Part shown: positions 20,687-28,577 of the stretch, one piece after another
How positions within the stretch are numbered: the stretch's first letter is position 1
Layout of the letters: each line of letters begins with the position of its first letter
Sequence record: PV636258.1
Length of the DNA: 64,000 nucleotides
Source: a phage
Reading direction: 5' to 3' (one strand)
The notes under the pieces: generated by a model
Databases searched by the model: none
Told to the model about the DNA's origin: nothing
Seen by the model: only the letters and a program-made list of their open reading frames with translations
Made by a program: the position numbers and the translations under genes

Positions 20687-22451
20687 AGCGCACCTCTGGC
20701 GTAACAACCACATCACCAATCTTGAATACTTGGTTTTGTGTAGCCTGTATGTTCTGGTTCAGTCCATCCGGTAACACGACTATGGTCACCCCTTCAGGGT
20801 TATAGTTAGAGACCGTGATCTGCTGAAGGTCTACAACCCCATTTGCATAATCTACAACCCCTGTTTTTTGAACTAAAAACTCTTTTGTCGTGTCATTGTT
20901 ATTCACTTTATACATGTTCAGATCGCCATTATTGTCGCGCATGTAGTAAGTGAAATCCACCTCGGCAGGAAGCGGTTTGAACCCCGTTATTTTCACAGAA
21001 CCAGGTTTGATACTTCGTCCATAACTGAATGTGAAACTGTCTAAGACTCCATAATCAGGTTTGAAATGGCGTTTATAACCAACTGAAGTAATATTCGAGT
21101 TGATAGAACGTTCCATTTTTGTAATTGCTTCCTGCAATATTTCTTTGTCAAACAATTGGTCAAATCCGCCGAGATTATTTTCACCCCATTTAACGATACT
21201 GTTTCCAACAACAACTTTCATCTGTTCTTCAACGTAGACTGTAGAAGTAGGATCCCAAAATATAGTCGTCGAGACTTGGATATATGTGACCTCGGAGTCT
21301 ACTACTTTGGGGGTAATAGATCCCACATTATACTTGTCCAGAGCAGCAACGATATCGGCCTTCTCAGCGTCCGAAAGTGTCTCACCAACAGAAGGTATAA
21401 CAGCGATGTAAACATAGCCAGAATCAGGAGGAGACAGCGTGTCACCACCATATGATTTAGCTCGGGAGACGTTGGAGAATAACCTTTCAGTCAATACACC
21501 ATAATCTGTTTCTGTAACCGCAGCACCATCAGCCTGATAAGCTAAAGGAGCCAACCGTTTAGTGTCCTCAATAGATTCCGGATCGTCCCCACCTGCGCTA
21601 CGTTCGGAAACCAATTCTACATCGACCTGGTTAAACCCGCCTATGGATGACGCTGATGACAGGCTTGTGATATCATTCCCATCAGCACCAGAAGTTTCCA
21701 AGTATTGAAGGAATATGACGTTCCCATCTTCTACTCGACGCGAAAGATAACCATCTCCGAATTCAAACACATACAGACCGTCAATACCCAATTCTACGAA
21801 ATACAGGTAGGCATATTGGCTCAGATCAAATGGACTGTTGTAACGTTGATATGTCGTCGAAACGTCGGAAGACTCTGATTCTTGTACTTGCACGACCATA
21901 TGATTGATATCGACATTCCCAGAAGGAATCGTGTATGTTGAAATCGCGCTTCCTTCAACATCATATGTCTTGTACAACCAATTCCCCTGTATCAACTTTA
22001 CATTATTGAACATGTAATAACCGTCTGCGGTCAACGTTGCCGACACTGGTTTCTCAACAGTAAAGTTGTAGGAACTGCCGTCTTTTGCCCCAACGAACAT
22101 CACACGCCGATCCATAATGATCTCATTGGGTGCTGTGCTGGCGTCATAAGGCGTAACTTTGATGTTGACATACATGTATGCTGCCCGATAGTTGTCAGGC
22201 GTGTAGGAAAGAAATGCAGCAGATAAACCGACGTTTGAACGTTGATTTGCTGTCTTCAAATGGCCTTCACCATTAAGCATGTTTTGCATAAAGGCTATGG
22301 CGTTCGCGTCAGATGCCAACAAACGAATAATCGCACTAAGACCAGAACCTTCAAAGTCATAATCTTTAAAGGTGGGATCAGCTTTCATTCGCTGTTTAAT
22401 AATGTATTCAAATGCTCTGACGTCGAGTGAAGGAACTGTTTGCGTGGCCAT
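20670..22451 (-). CDS. Putative baseplate wedge-like structural protein
   Basis: ORF track starts at a TTG (22502); first ATG with good GGAG SD is at 22451 (MATQTVPSL). Assignment by size and position at the head of the late structural operon only. Confidence 0.5.
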   Translation of the reverse strand: MATQTVPSLDVRAFEYIIKQRMKADPTFKDYDFEGSGLSAIIRLLASDANAIAFMQNMLNGEGHLKTANQRSNVGLSAAFLSYTPDNYRAAYMYVNIKVTPYDASTAPNEIIMDRRVMFVGAKDGSSYNFTVEKPVSATLTADGYYMFNNVKLIQGNWLYKTYDVEGSAISTYTIPSGNVDINHMVVQVQESESSDVSTTYQRYNSPFDLSQYAYLYFVELGIDGLYVFEFGDGYLSRRVEDGNVIFLQYLETSGADGNDITSLSSASSIGGFNQVDVELVSERSAGGDDPESIEDTKRLAPLAYQADGAAVTETDYGVLTERLFSNVSRAKSYGGDTLSPPDSGYVYIAVIPSVGETLSDAEKADIVAALDKYNVGSITPKVVDSEVTYIQVSTTIFWDPTSTVYVEEQMKVVVGNSIVKWGENNLGGFDQLFDKEILQEAITKMERSINSNITSVGYKRHFKPDYGVLDSFTFSYGRSIKPGSVKITGFKPLPAEVDFTYYMRDNNGDLNMYKVNNNDTTKEFLVQKTGVVDYANGVVDLQQITVSNYNPEGVTIVVLPDGLNQNIQATQNQVFKIGDVVVTPEVRYVQRS

Positions 22452-22752
22452 GATAATCTCCATCACCTGAGTTTGAATATGGTGTTGAAGATATTTAGCC
22501 AACAGGAATCAAAACGCTCGCGCGCGTTTAATTTATTCGAATATACTCGCGAGGGGGCTGACGCCCTCGCTCGTAACACCGCCTTGACAGGCAGTCCCAT
22601 TCCACAGCCATGGAGGCTGCTTCTCGTTGTTCGTTAACACTCACAACTCGAAGGGCACCGCGTTAAGATACAGTTTCTTGATGTTGTAGAAAAGTAGTTT
22701 TTACCTATTAATAATCACTGTCATTATTTTATTGGCCATTCCTGCGTTTATA

Positions 22753-22786
22753 TTCAATAAACGTATCTCCAATATAATAACGGAGA
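22753..22786 (+). promoter_or_regulatory. TTCAATAAA box plus hairpin with TATAAT loop, candidate promoter for gene 22815-23384
   Basis: TTCAATAAA at 22753-22761, 11 nt, TATAAT at 22773-22778 lying in the loop of TCTCC/GGAGA hairpin; ATG 37 nt downstream. Confidence 0.45.
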
Positions 22787-22814
22787 CATTTAATCAATTC
22801 GGTGAGGCTCCGAA

Positions 22815-23384
22815 ATGCACATTAACACAGCAATCATGAAACACATTATTCCTTTATTGGCAAAATACGAAGGGGAACGTGCCACGAAAATCCCTTTTGG
22901 AACAATCACAGATGAAGTGAAACGCCTGACGGGTAAAAGTATCAATTTCCGTCGCGTTGTTGAATCTGCGTTAGAGTTGGCCCGTTCTGATTTACAAAAT
23001 CCAACATTTTCATTTAATATTGACGTAACTTCTTCACTTCGTCAAGAATTGGAAGAATCATCACAAGCGCGGCGCGATCGTTTCCGTCATTTATATGTTC
23101 GTAACGAATTCTCCGAAGGTCGTGTTGGTATGAAACTGGAGTCTATTCGTTCTGATATTTGCTTCACTGTCAACTATGTTTTAGAGCCAGAGAGCCAGCG
23201 CATTTATTTTGGCGCGATTATCGGTTTCTATGGGAACTCTATTAATGGTTGGGCAGAACGTGTTGGATTAAAAGAAACCCAGAACAATCATTCCACACCT
23301 TCTACCCATTATATGACGCATGAAGCTGCTGGCGAATATGTTTACCTTCTGCGTCGTGTTGTGAAGTTAGAAGTGTTAAAATAA
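22815..23384 (+). CDS. Hypothetical protein (189 aa)
   Basis: ATG-initiated ORF downstream of promoter-like element; no recognisable motif. Confidence 0.55.
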   Translation: MHINTAIMKHIIPLLAKYEGERATKIPFGTITDEVKRLTGKSINFRRVVESALELARSDLQNPTFSFNIDVTSSLRQELEESSQARRDRFRHLYVRNEFSEGRVGMKLESIRSDICFTVNYVLEPESQRIYFGAIIGFYGNSINGWAERVGLKETQNNHSTPSTHYMTHEAAGEYVYLLRRVVKLEVLK

Positions 23385-23441
23385 CGCTTTATTCAATAAA
23401 TAATTGTAGTAAAGTTAGTTGCATGGAAGGGAGGGAACACT

Positions 23442-23588
23442 ATGTTTTACATGATGTTACTCCTCATCCTCCTGATCGGGATTACCTGCTCTCTCCTGGG
23501 TCTACCCGATCAGTCCGGTAAACAGTTGCCCACTTCGGCGCATCCGGTTTTGAGTGAAGGTTCGTCCGCACTGCTGTGGGCAGTGTAG
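23442..23588 (+). CDS. Small hydrophobic peptide (48 aa), speculative
   Basis: ATG with GGAGGG SD 7 nt upstream; MFYMMLLLILLIGITCSLLGL predicted transmembrane; below the ORF-track length cutoff. Confidence 0.3.
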   Translation: MFYMMLLLILLIGITCSLLGLPDQSGKQLPTSAHPVLSEGSSALLWAV

Positions 23589-24409
23589 CTCAAAGGGGAG
23601 AGGACTTTTCAAATTAGCTGGGCTGTAGTATAGTAAATTTTATGGTGTAAAGAGTCGGGCGACCAGCGGTGTAAAGGCTGAGGCCAAGCACAGTCCTAGG
23701 ACGAGGACTCCGGCTCCATAAGTCAATATCCACCTCGCTGGTGTCAGTGGACGCACTTGACCGTCGGAGAACGAAACTCCCTGTTGTAGCGTGATTAGCT
23801 CAGAATCAGAGAGCACCCCGTTGGCAAGTCGACACCAGCATATAAGGGGAGGTCGGGGGCGCTAATCTCCATCACGCCGACAACATTATGAGTCTTCATA
23901 GAGGGTTCATAATGTTGCGTCAAAGGGCAACAAGGTTCCTGTTGGTAACATAATTATTCCTACTGTCTTCCCGGATTTTAGGAGCGCCAACAGGCGAGGC
24001 CGGATGCGTAAGTTCCGGCAAATCGATGGTGAGGTGGTGCATTGGTGACACGGGGTAGCGCCCAGAAGTGTGGTTCGATTCACACCCTCTCCAACAAAAA
24101 TAAAAGGTTTTATCAATAACGGGTTACAAAGTATAGTTAACTCACTGAACGGCAAGCTGTTTGAGTCCTGGCCACTCATAGCGATGTGAGACCAAGACAG
24201 GTAGGTTTAGGACTCAAACAGGTTTTCGTTCTCGTTGCTTGCGACTTTGCGGGTTTTTAGAAACTGACCACAAAGATAAATGCAAACGATAACACGTTCC
24301 TGGCAGTAGCTTAACAGCCATACACCAGTGAGGTCTTCCGATTCCTCATCACCAAATTCGGCGCACTAAAATAGACGGGAGGGTGTGATTAATAATCTCC
24401 CGTCGACGA

Positions 24410-24536
24410 TGCCGTTATATCTGACTGTCCAAAGGGGATAAGCTCCTGAGTAAGCAGAGGTGGGTTGCCTAAGTCAGATGGGATGTAAGGTCAGCGCTGG
24501 CCAAGCATTTGGGTTCGACTCCCTAAAACGGCTCCA
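24410..24536 (+). ncRNA. Extended tRNA-like element (about 127 nt): acceptor-like stem, T-arm-like hairpin and 3-prime CCA
   Basis: 5-prime GCCGTTA pairs 6/7 with AAACGGC placed directly after a GGG-TTCGACT-CCC T-arm; followed by T then CCA; body far too long for a canonical tRNA. Confidence 0.25.
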
Positions 24537-24623
24537 CATCTTAGAGGACATTGACAGGTGGAAGCATTTGGCGCCAAATGCTCGTGGCGGGTTCGAGTCC
24601 CGTGCAGTGTCCTCTAAGATGTG
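24535..24623. repeat. 16-bp perfect inverted repeat enclosing a tRNA-like core
   Basis: CACATCTTAGAGGACA (24535-24550) and TGTCCTCTAAGATGTG (24608-24623); interior holds 18-nt perfect palindrome GCATTTGGCGCCAAATGC and T-arm-like GCGGG-TTCGAGT-CCCGT. Confidence 0.7.
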
Positions 24624-24668
24624 AGCGAAGTCTTACCAATTGCCCTGATCTCTGGCAAGTGAAGGGCA

Positions 24669-24804
24669 ACGCAAATCGAAGTTCTCTGGGTATATCTTTT
24701 AACCCTCAAGGTCTGTACACAGAAGTGGCCGTCCCATGAGTAAGTTAGGCGATATACAACATGTTGGGTCGAACCTGTTAAGCCCAGAGAACTTCGATTT
24801 GCGT
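24669..24804. repeat. 22-bp perfect inverted repeat enclosing about 92 nt
   Basis: ACGCAAATCGAAGTTCTCTGGG (24669-24690) and its reverse complement at 24783-24804; nested 7-bp stem GTATATC/GATATAC inside. Confidence 0.7.
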
Positions 24805-25183
24805 ACTTGAGAGAGCGTTGTATGAAATAGGGCAATGCCTTGCAGACCTCGACGCCTACACATTCTAGACACTGGTGGGCGCTGGCGAAGATCTCAATAT
24901 AAGCTGGTCATCAAGGGTAGCTCCCTGACTAGACGAACAATGAGAGGCCGAACTAAGGGGAAACCCGAGACAGGCGCAGTATTTTCGAGTTCGCAAAACA
25001 GTGATCATCTGACAAGTGTGATCACTCTTCGATAGAGACATTACATCGTGGCCATCAACCACATCCTCGCTCTAGTGATGAGTGGTGTTATGTTTCTGTC
25101 GGCCAGCCTCGTTTGGTCCGAGCGATAGAGGACAAGTATTCTGTGTGACGAAGACATTGAATGCGAGTTGTAACATTTGGTTG

Positions 25184-25261
25184 CAACTTTGATGGCTCTG
25201 GATTTTATAAACCATGTCTATGGGTGACGCGGGATCTTTAGTACCAGAGCCATCAAAGTTG
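25184..25261. repeat. 18-bp perfect inverted repeat with 42-nt interior
   Basis: CAACTTTGATGGCTCTGG (25184-25201) and CCAGAGCCATCAAAGTTG (25244-25261). Confidence 0.7.
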
Positions 25262-25592
25262 TGTCCAACCCGATCTTGCAAGCCCGTATCCCTGTATGGT
25301 CAAGACTTGCAAGTGGAAAGCCCTGGAAAAATAAACGCCTGTGGTGAGGCTACGGTGCAAGCCAAAGACCCACAGAAGCGCGTTGCCGTGAGGCGCACAA
25401 ACAGGCATGCATGAACTGATCATGCACAAACGGGATAAAGGGTTGAGAGACCTTGGTTGGTCACAACATACAATTAATCCATAACGGGGAAGCAATATGA
25501 CTTGGCGACAGCGCGGATACAAAACCGTAGAATTGATTTAAAATTGCCGGCGTCCTGGTTGAGTGAGAGATCACTGCCGAAACCAGGAGGAA

Positions 25593-25618
25593 TGTGGGAG
25601 GGTAAATACCCTCCCACA
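25593..25618 (+). promoter_or_regulatory. Hairpin with TAAATA loop upstream of tRNA-Met
   Basis: TGTGGGAGGG-TAAATA-CCCTCCCACA; a second 11-bp inverted repeat CATATATGTTT/AAACATATATG (25628-25665) abuts the tRNA 5-prime end. Confidence 0.4.
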
Positions 25619-25664
25619 GACCAAGAACATATATGTTTGTGTATTTTTGTGCATAAACATATAT

Positions 25665-25741
25665 GGTCCTGTAGCTCAGTGGTAAGTAGCAGTGAACTCA
25701 TAATTCATTGGTCGTTGGTTCAAATCCAACCAGGATCACCA
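25665..25741 (+). tRNA. tRNA-Met (anticodon CAT; could also be an Ile-lysidine or initiator type)
   Basis: Hand-folded cloverleaf: acceptor GGTCCTG/CAGGATC (one G-T), anticodon stem GTGAA/TTCAT with loop CTCATAA, T-arm GTTGG-TTCAAAT-CCAAC, encoded CCA. Confidence 0.8.
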
Positions 25742-25778
25742 CTAAATAAACCAGTTGTTCAATAAACAATTGGTGAGT

Positions 25779-25979
25779 ATGATGAAAACGTTCGGTGATT
25801 TTCTTACTGAGTGGGATGGTCTAGCTACCGACAACAAAGAGATTGTTGAGTTTGTTGAAAAGCGAGGCGATAAGTGGGTTGTCCTTGACCACACCAAGAC
25901 TAAAGTTCTTGGGACACATGACACCAAAGCTGACGCCGACGCCCAATTAAGGGCGATCGAAGCGAACAAGCACGGATAA
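25779..25979 (+). CDS. Small hypothetical protein between tRNA genes (66 aa)
   Basis: ATG with GGTGAG SD; lies between tRNA-Met and tRNA-Asn. Confidence 0.4.
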   Translation: MMKTFGDFLTEWDGLATDNKEIVEFVEKRGDKWVVLDHTKTKVLGTHDTKADADAQLRAIEANKHG

Positions 25980-25980
25980 A

Positions 25981-26056
25981 GACGATGTAGTTCAGTCGGT
26001 AGAACGGCGGTCTGTTAAACCGTATGTCGCAGGTTCAAGTCCTGCCATCGTCGCCA
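25981..26056 (+). tRNA. tRNA-Asn (anticodon GTT)
   Basis: Acceptor GACGATG/CATCGTC, D-arm GTTC-AGTCGGTA-GAAC, anticodon loop CTGTTAA, T-arm GCAGG-TTCAAGT-CCTGC, encoded CCA. Confidence 0.85.
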
Positions 26057-26076
26057 AATAATAGTTGCAGGAACAC

Positions 26077-26568
26077 ATGAACACAAAACAGCGCGGGATG
26101 ATAGGTGAAACGAGGTTCCTGTTTAAATGTACAGAACTCGGGATCACAGTTTCACAACCTTTCGGAGATAATGCGCCATATGATTTTGTGATTGATGTGA
26201 ACGGTCGTTTGCTCAAGGTGCAATGTAAAACCTTGATGATGGACAAGAATACCTACCTTCTTGACGCAAGCACGACTAATTTCTACAACGGAAAATGCAA
26301 ATCCGTATACCATGGTGAGAAAGTTGATCTCTATTATGGTTACCATCCTGAAACTGGGATTGAAGTTTTGGTAGATCCGAAGCAATACCCTAAAAATTTA
26401 CGTTTGAGGGTGGAACCACCTAAAAATAATCAGGTGGTTGGGATCAAGTGGTTAAAGGATTTCCTGTTTGATAATGTTATCCAGGAAATTATGAATTATG
26501 GGTGTGAAACGAAAGCAAGTAAGCACGAAGTACGCGAACGACAAGTTCTCTCGAGCGACGTCCAATAG
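26077..26568 (+). CDS. Putative PD-(D/E)xK-family nuclease embedded in the tRNA cluster
   Basis: GETRF...PYDFVIDVNG...KVQCK pattern (E, D, D, Q-x-K) matching the restriction-endonuclease-like fold; AGGA SD before ATG at 26077. Confidence 0.45.
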   Translation: MNTKQRGMIGETRFLFKCTELGITVSQPFGDNAPYDFVIDVNGRLLKVQCKTLMMDKNTYLLDASTTNFYNGKCKSVYHGEKVDLYYGYHPETGIEVLVDPKQYPKNLRLRVEPPKNNQVVGIKWLKDFLFDNVIQEIMNYGCETKASKHEVRERQVLSSDVQ

Positions 26569-26569
26569 C

Positions 26570-27018
26570 CGAACGGAATCCGAACCCGACGAAAGTAACG
26601 CCCACCAAATTCAGAGTGTAGAGGCTACAGTAGTGCGCACCTCACGGAAAGCTACACCGGACACTCTGATACAAAATCTACCACCGCGTGGATTAGCTGA
26701 GGAAGGATGGCCGATGTCCTCAAGCGTGGCCCAGCACGTGGTGGTAGACCAAACACAGTAAGCGTTGCAGCCAGCTGTGTATAAAATGGGGTGACTCCAC
26801 ATCGGAAACGATGCCCCAACTTCCAGAAATGGTCGGGCGTGAAGCCTGTAAAGTTCCAGGAGATCAGACCAGAAGGCACTGGTCGCCTTGTTAACCAATC
26901 GACGCTTCGGCGTGGGGAGTTGGACAGGCAGATCAAATGCACAATCGGGTGTGAAGCCCGTCCATATTACGCTCGGTCAAGCAGTCTGTTTGTAGACGGT
27001 CGGTGCGGGTTTTGCAAG
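26570..27018 (+). ncRNA. Highly structured non-coding segment (candidate structured RNA)
   Basis: No RBS-supported ORF; multiple stable hairpins including UUCG loop (GACGC-TTCG-GCGTC region near 26905), GAAA loop (CATCG-GAAA-CGATG near 26795), 8-bp and 12-bp inverted repeats (26612-26669, 26689-26750). Confidence 0.35.
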
Positions 27019-27104
27019 ACTCGTTTAGGCTAACAAATGGATGAGGCGCGACTCTCTGGGTTGATCACCAGAGTGCTGGGGTTCAAATCCTCTAACGAGC
27101 ACCA
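27019..27104 (+). ncRNA. Atypical tRNA-like element (possible pseudo-tRNA or processed stable RNA)
   Basis: Clean 3-prime half: hairpin CTCTGG-GTTGATCA-CCAGAG, T-arm with TTCAAAT loop, 7-nt acceptor strand, ACCA; but 5-prime half does not give a canonical D-arm and the anticodon-like loop has 8 nt. Confidence 0.3.
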
Positions 27105-27110
27105 AACAAC

Positions 27111-27194
27111 GTGAGTGTGGCAGAGCGGTCGAATGCAGGAGACTGTAAATCTCCCCGTAACAGCGCGGTGGTTCAAATCCATCCACTCACACCA
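27111..27194 (+). tRNA. tRNA-Tyr (anticodon GTA), long variable arm
   Basis: Acceptor GTGAGTG/CACTCAC, 3-bp D-stem, anticodon stem GGAGA/TCTCC with loop CTGTAAA, long variable arm, T-arm GGTGG-TTCAAAT-CCATC, encoded CCA. Confidence 0.85.
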
Positions 27195-27270
27195 ATAAGT
27201 CGTTTCGGTCAGGTCAAGAACCCAGATTTAGGTCATGGCTTGGAAAATTCTTGACCGAAGCGCAGTATAC

Positions 27271-27359
27271 GGAAGGTTGCCCGAGAGGTTTAAGGGACTC
27301 GACTGCTAATCGAGTGGGGCTTTTAGCCCCCGAAGGTTCGAATCCTTCACCTTCCGCCA
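27271..27359 (+). tRNA. tRNA-Ser (anticodon GCT), long variable arm
   Basis: Acceptor GGAAGGT/ACCTTCC, anticodon stem CTCGA/TCGAG loop CTGCTAA, variable-arm hairpin GGGGC-TTTTA-GCCCC, T-arm GAAGG-TTCGAAT-CCTTC, encoded CCA. Confidence 0.85.
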
Positions 27360-27362
27360 AAT

Positions 27363-27448
27363 TGCTTCATAGCTCGAGTGGTAGAGCGCAGGAAAGTTTC
27401 GAGAGAACAAGGTGCCTGAGGTCACTGGTTCGAATCCAGTTGAAGCAA
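27363..27448 (+). ncRNA. tRNA-like gene with canonical acceptor, D and T arms but a 22-nt anticodon-region loop
   Basis: Acceptor TGCTTCA/TGAAGCA, D-arm GCTC-GAGTGGTA-GAGC, T-arm ACTGG-TTCGAAT-CCAGT all perfect; anticodon arm is a 4-bp stem CAGG/CCTG around 22 nt; no encoded CCA. Confidence 0.4.
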
Positions 27449-27458
27449 TCAGAATAAT

Positions 27459-27613
27459 GAGTGTGACTTCCTGAAGATGAAGAAGGTGTGCATGCCGACT
27501 TCATAACAATCTGGGGTTAAGGAAGTTAAGAAAGTCGCAGGATATGCAAGTGAAATGCAAATAGCTTTCAACGTCCTGACGATTTCGGGTTCGATTCCCG
27601 ACGCACTCTCCCA
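27459..27613 (+). ncRNA. Candidate stable RNA with tRNA-like ends (about 150 nt)
   Basis: GAGTGTG at 27459-27465 pairs (one G-T) with CGCACTC placed directly after T-arm TCGGG-TTCGATT-CCCGA; followed by T and CCCA; lies between the last tRNA-like gene and the terminator at 27674. Confidence 0.25.
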
Positions 27614-27673
27614 AACGCCTAATACCAGAAATTGCTGTGAGTAGTCTTTCCATCCCCACGATGGTTTAACCAT

Positions 27674-27704
27674 AGCCCGATCAGGAAGATCGGGCTTCTT
27701 TTTG
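27674..27704 (+). terminator. Intrinsic terminator closing the tRNA/stable-RNA cluster
   Basis: AGCCCGATC-AGGAA-GATCGGGCT hairpin followed by TCTTTTTG. Confidence 0.7.
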
Positions 27705-27743
27705 TCTATAATAAATAGATCTGACTTGTAAAGGAGGTCTATT

Positions 27744-27980
27744 ATGGCAACTGCTAAGATCATACCAAACGCAAGTACATGGACACAAGTCTCAGACGGA
27801 ACATCTTTGAAAACTCTTCAAGTGACTCACGGTTCTGTGTATTTAACCGATAACCCAACTGCGCCAGCCGCCAACGCCCCTGCGCATATCATTCTACAAG
27901 GAAATATCATTGTCTTGACTCCTCCTACAGTTGGATGGATAAAGAGCGCTAGTGGTGTTCCTGTTGTGATATTATCATAA
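27744..27980 (+). CDS. Small hypothetical protein (78 aa)
   Basis: ATG with strong AAGGAGG SD. Confidence 0.5.
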   Translation: MATAKIIPNASTWTQVSDGTSLKTLQVTHGSVYLTDNPTAPAANAPAHIILQGNIIVLTPPTVGWIKSASGVPVVILS

Positions 27981-27990
27981 GGAGAGGGAT

Positions 27991-28506
27991 ATGCCCATAT
28001 TAACCTTTCCAATTATGGGAAATATGTTTCAGACCAAACGCGTGAAAAGTGAAGTTCGGTTTACTGGTCTGTCTCTCAATATCCCAACAGGTACAACAGG
28101 AGTCGATTTATTATCGTTATTTGTTGGAAAAACTCCTGTTGCTGGTTCTACAACAATGGCACCGTTCTTTGATTTGTCTGCTAACAAATTCAAAGTCTTT
28201 AATAATGATTCAACTGTCACATTGAAAATAAATTTGATAGGATCATGGCAAGGGACCACCAATAACCGAACATTAGAAATAAATTTTGTTGGGTCGGTGG
28301 GGAACCAATTAACAAAAAGTCGAGACGCTGCATTAACAGGTCAAGATATTTTATCATTTCCTACATTCTTTAGTGTTGACAAGAATGGGAATTTAGCGAC
28401 AAATGGGAGTCAAATTATTGCCAGATCTTATGGTAATGATTTTACTATCACGGAAGCTATTTTCATCGCAGAACAAATGGTCCCGTTATACATGAATTCT
28501 ATTTAA
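27991..28506 (+). CDS. Hypothetical protein (171 aa)
   Basis: ATG with AAGGAGAGGG SD; beta-rich Thr/Asn/Gly sequence. Confidence 0.55.
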   Translation: MPILTFPIMGNMFQTKRVKSEVRFTGLSLNIPTGTTGVDLLSLFVGKTPVAGSTTMAPFFDLSANKFKVFNNDSTVTLKINLIGSWQGTTNNRTLEINFVGSVGNQLTKSRDAALTGQDILSFPTFFSVDKNGNLATNGSQIIARSYGNDFTITEAIFIAEQMVPLYMNSI

Positions 28507-28577
28507 TTTGTTCAAACTTGAAAGGGGGTTTAAAATTTAACCGTTTATAAACCCCTTCATTGATTTGAGGAAACAAC

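Noticed and set aside
22452-22502. TTG start for the 610-aa structural gene
   Set aside because: An in-frame ATG with GGAG SD lies 51 nt downstream; TTG start kept only as an alternative.
24535-24623. Integration (att) site formed by inverted repeats around a tRNA-like core
   Set aside because: No integrase or recombinase gene is visible and the surrounding genome looks strictly lytic.
23590-25664. CRISPR-like array
   Set aside because: Repeats are inverted, not direct, and of unequal length and spacing; no cas genes.
23907-25765. Short ORFs (60-90 aa) scattered through the non-coding segment
   Set aside because: No credible starts or SD sequences and odd composition; the long inverted repeats explain the sequence better than coding.
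25992-26246. 84-aa minus-strand ORF containing GLEPATYGL
   Set aside because: Overlaps tRNA-Asn; the peptide is the typical translation artefact of a tRNA T-arm on the opposite strand.
26570-27018. Group I intron with the nuclease as intron ORF
   Set aside because: tRNA-Asn upstream is intact and no split exon or identifiable catalytic-core elements could be found by eye; left as an unclassified structured RNA candidate.
26498-27033. Overlapping ORFs of 80-96 aa on both strands
   Set aside because: No ribosome-binding sites, mutually overlapping, and the sequence is dominated by stable hairpins; treated as structured RNA.
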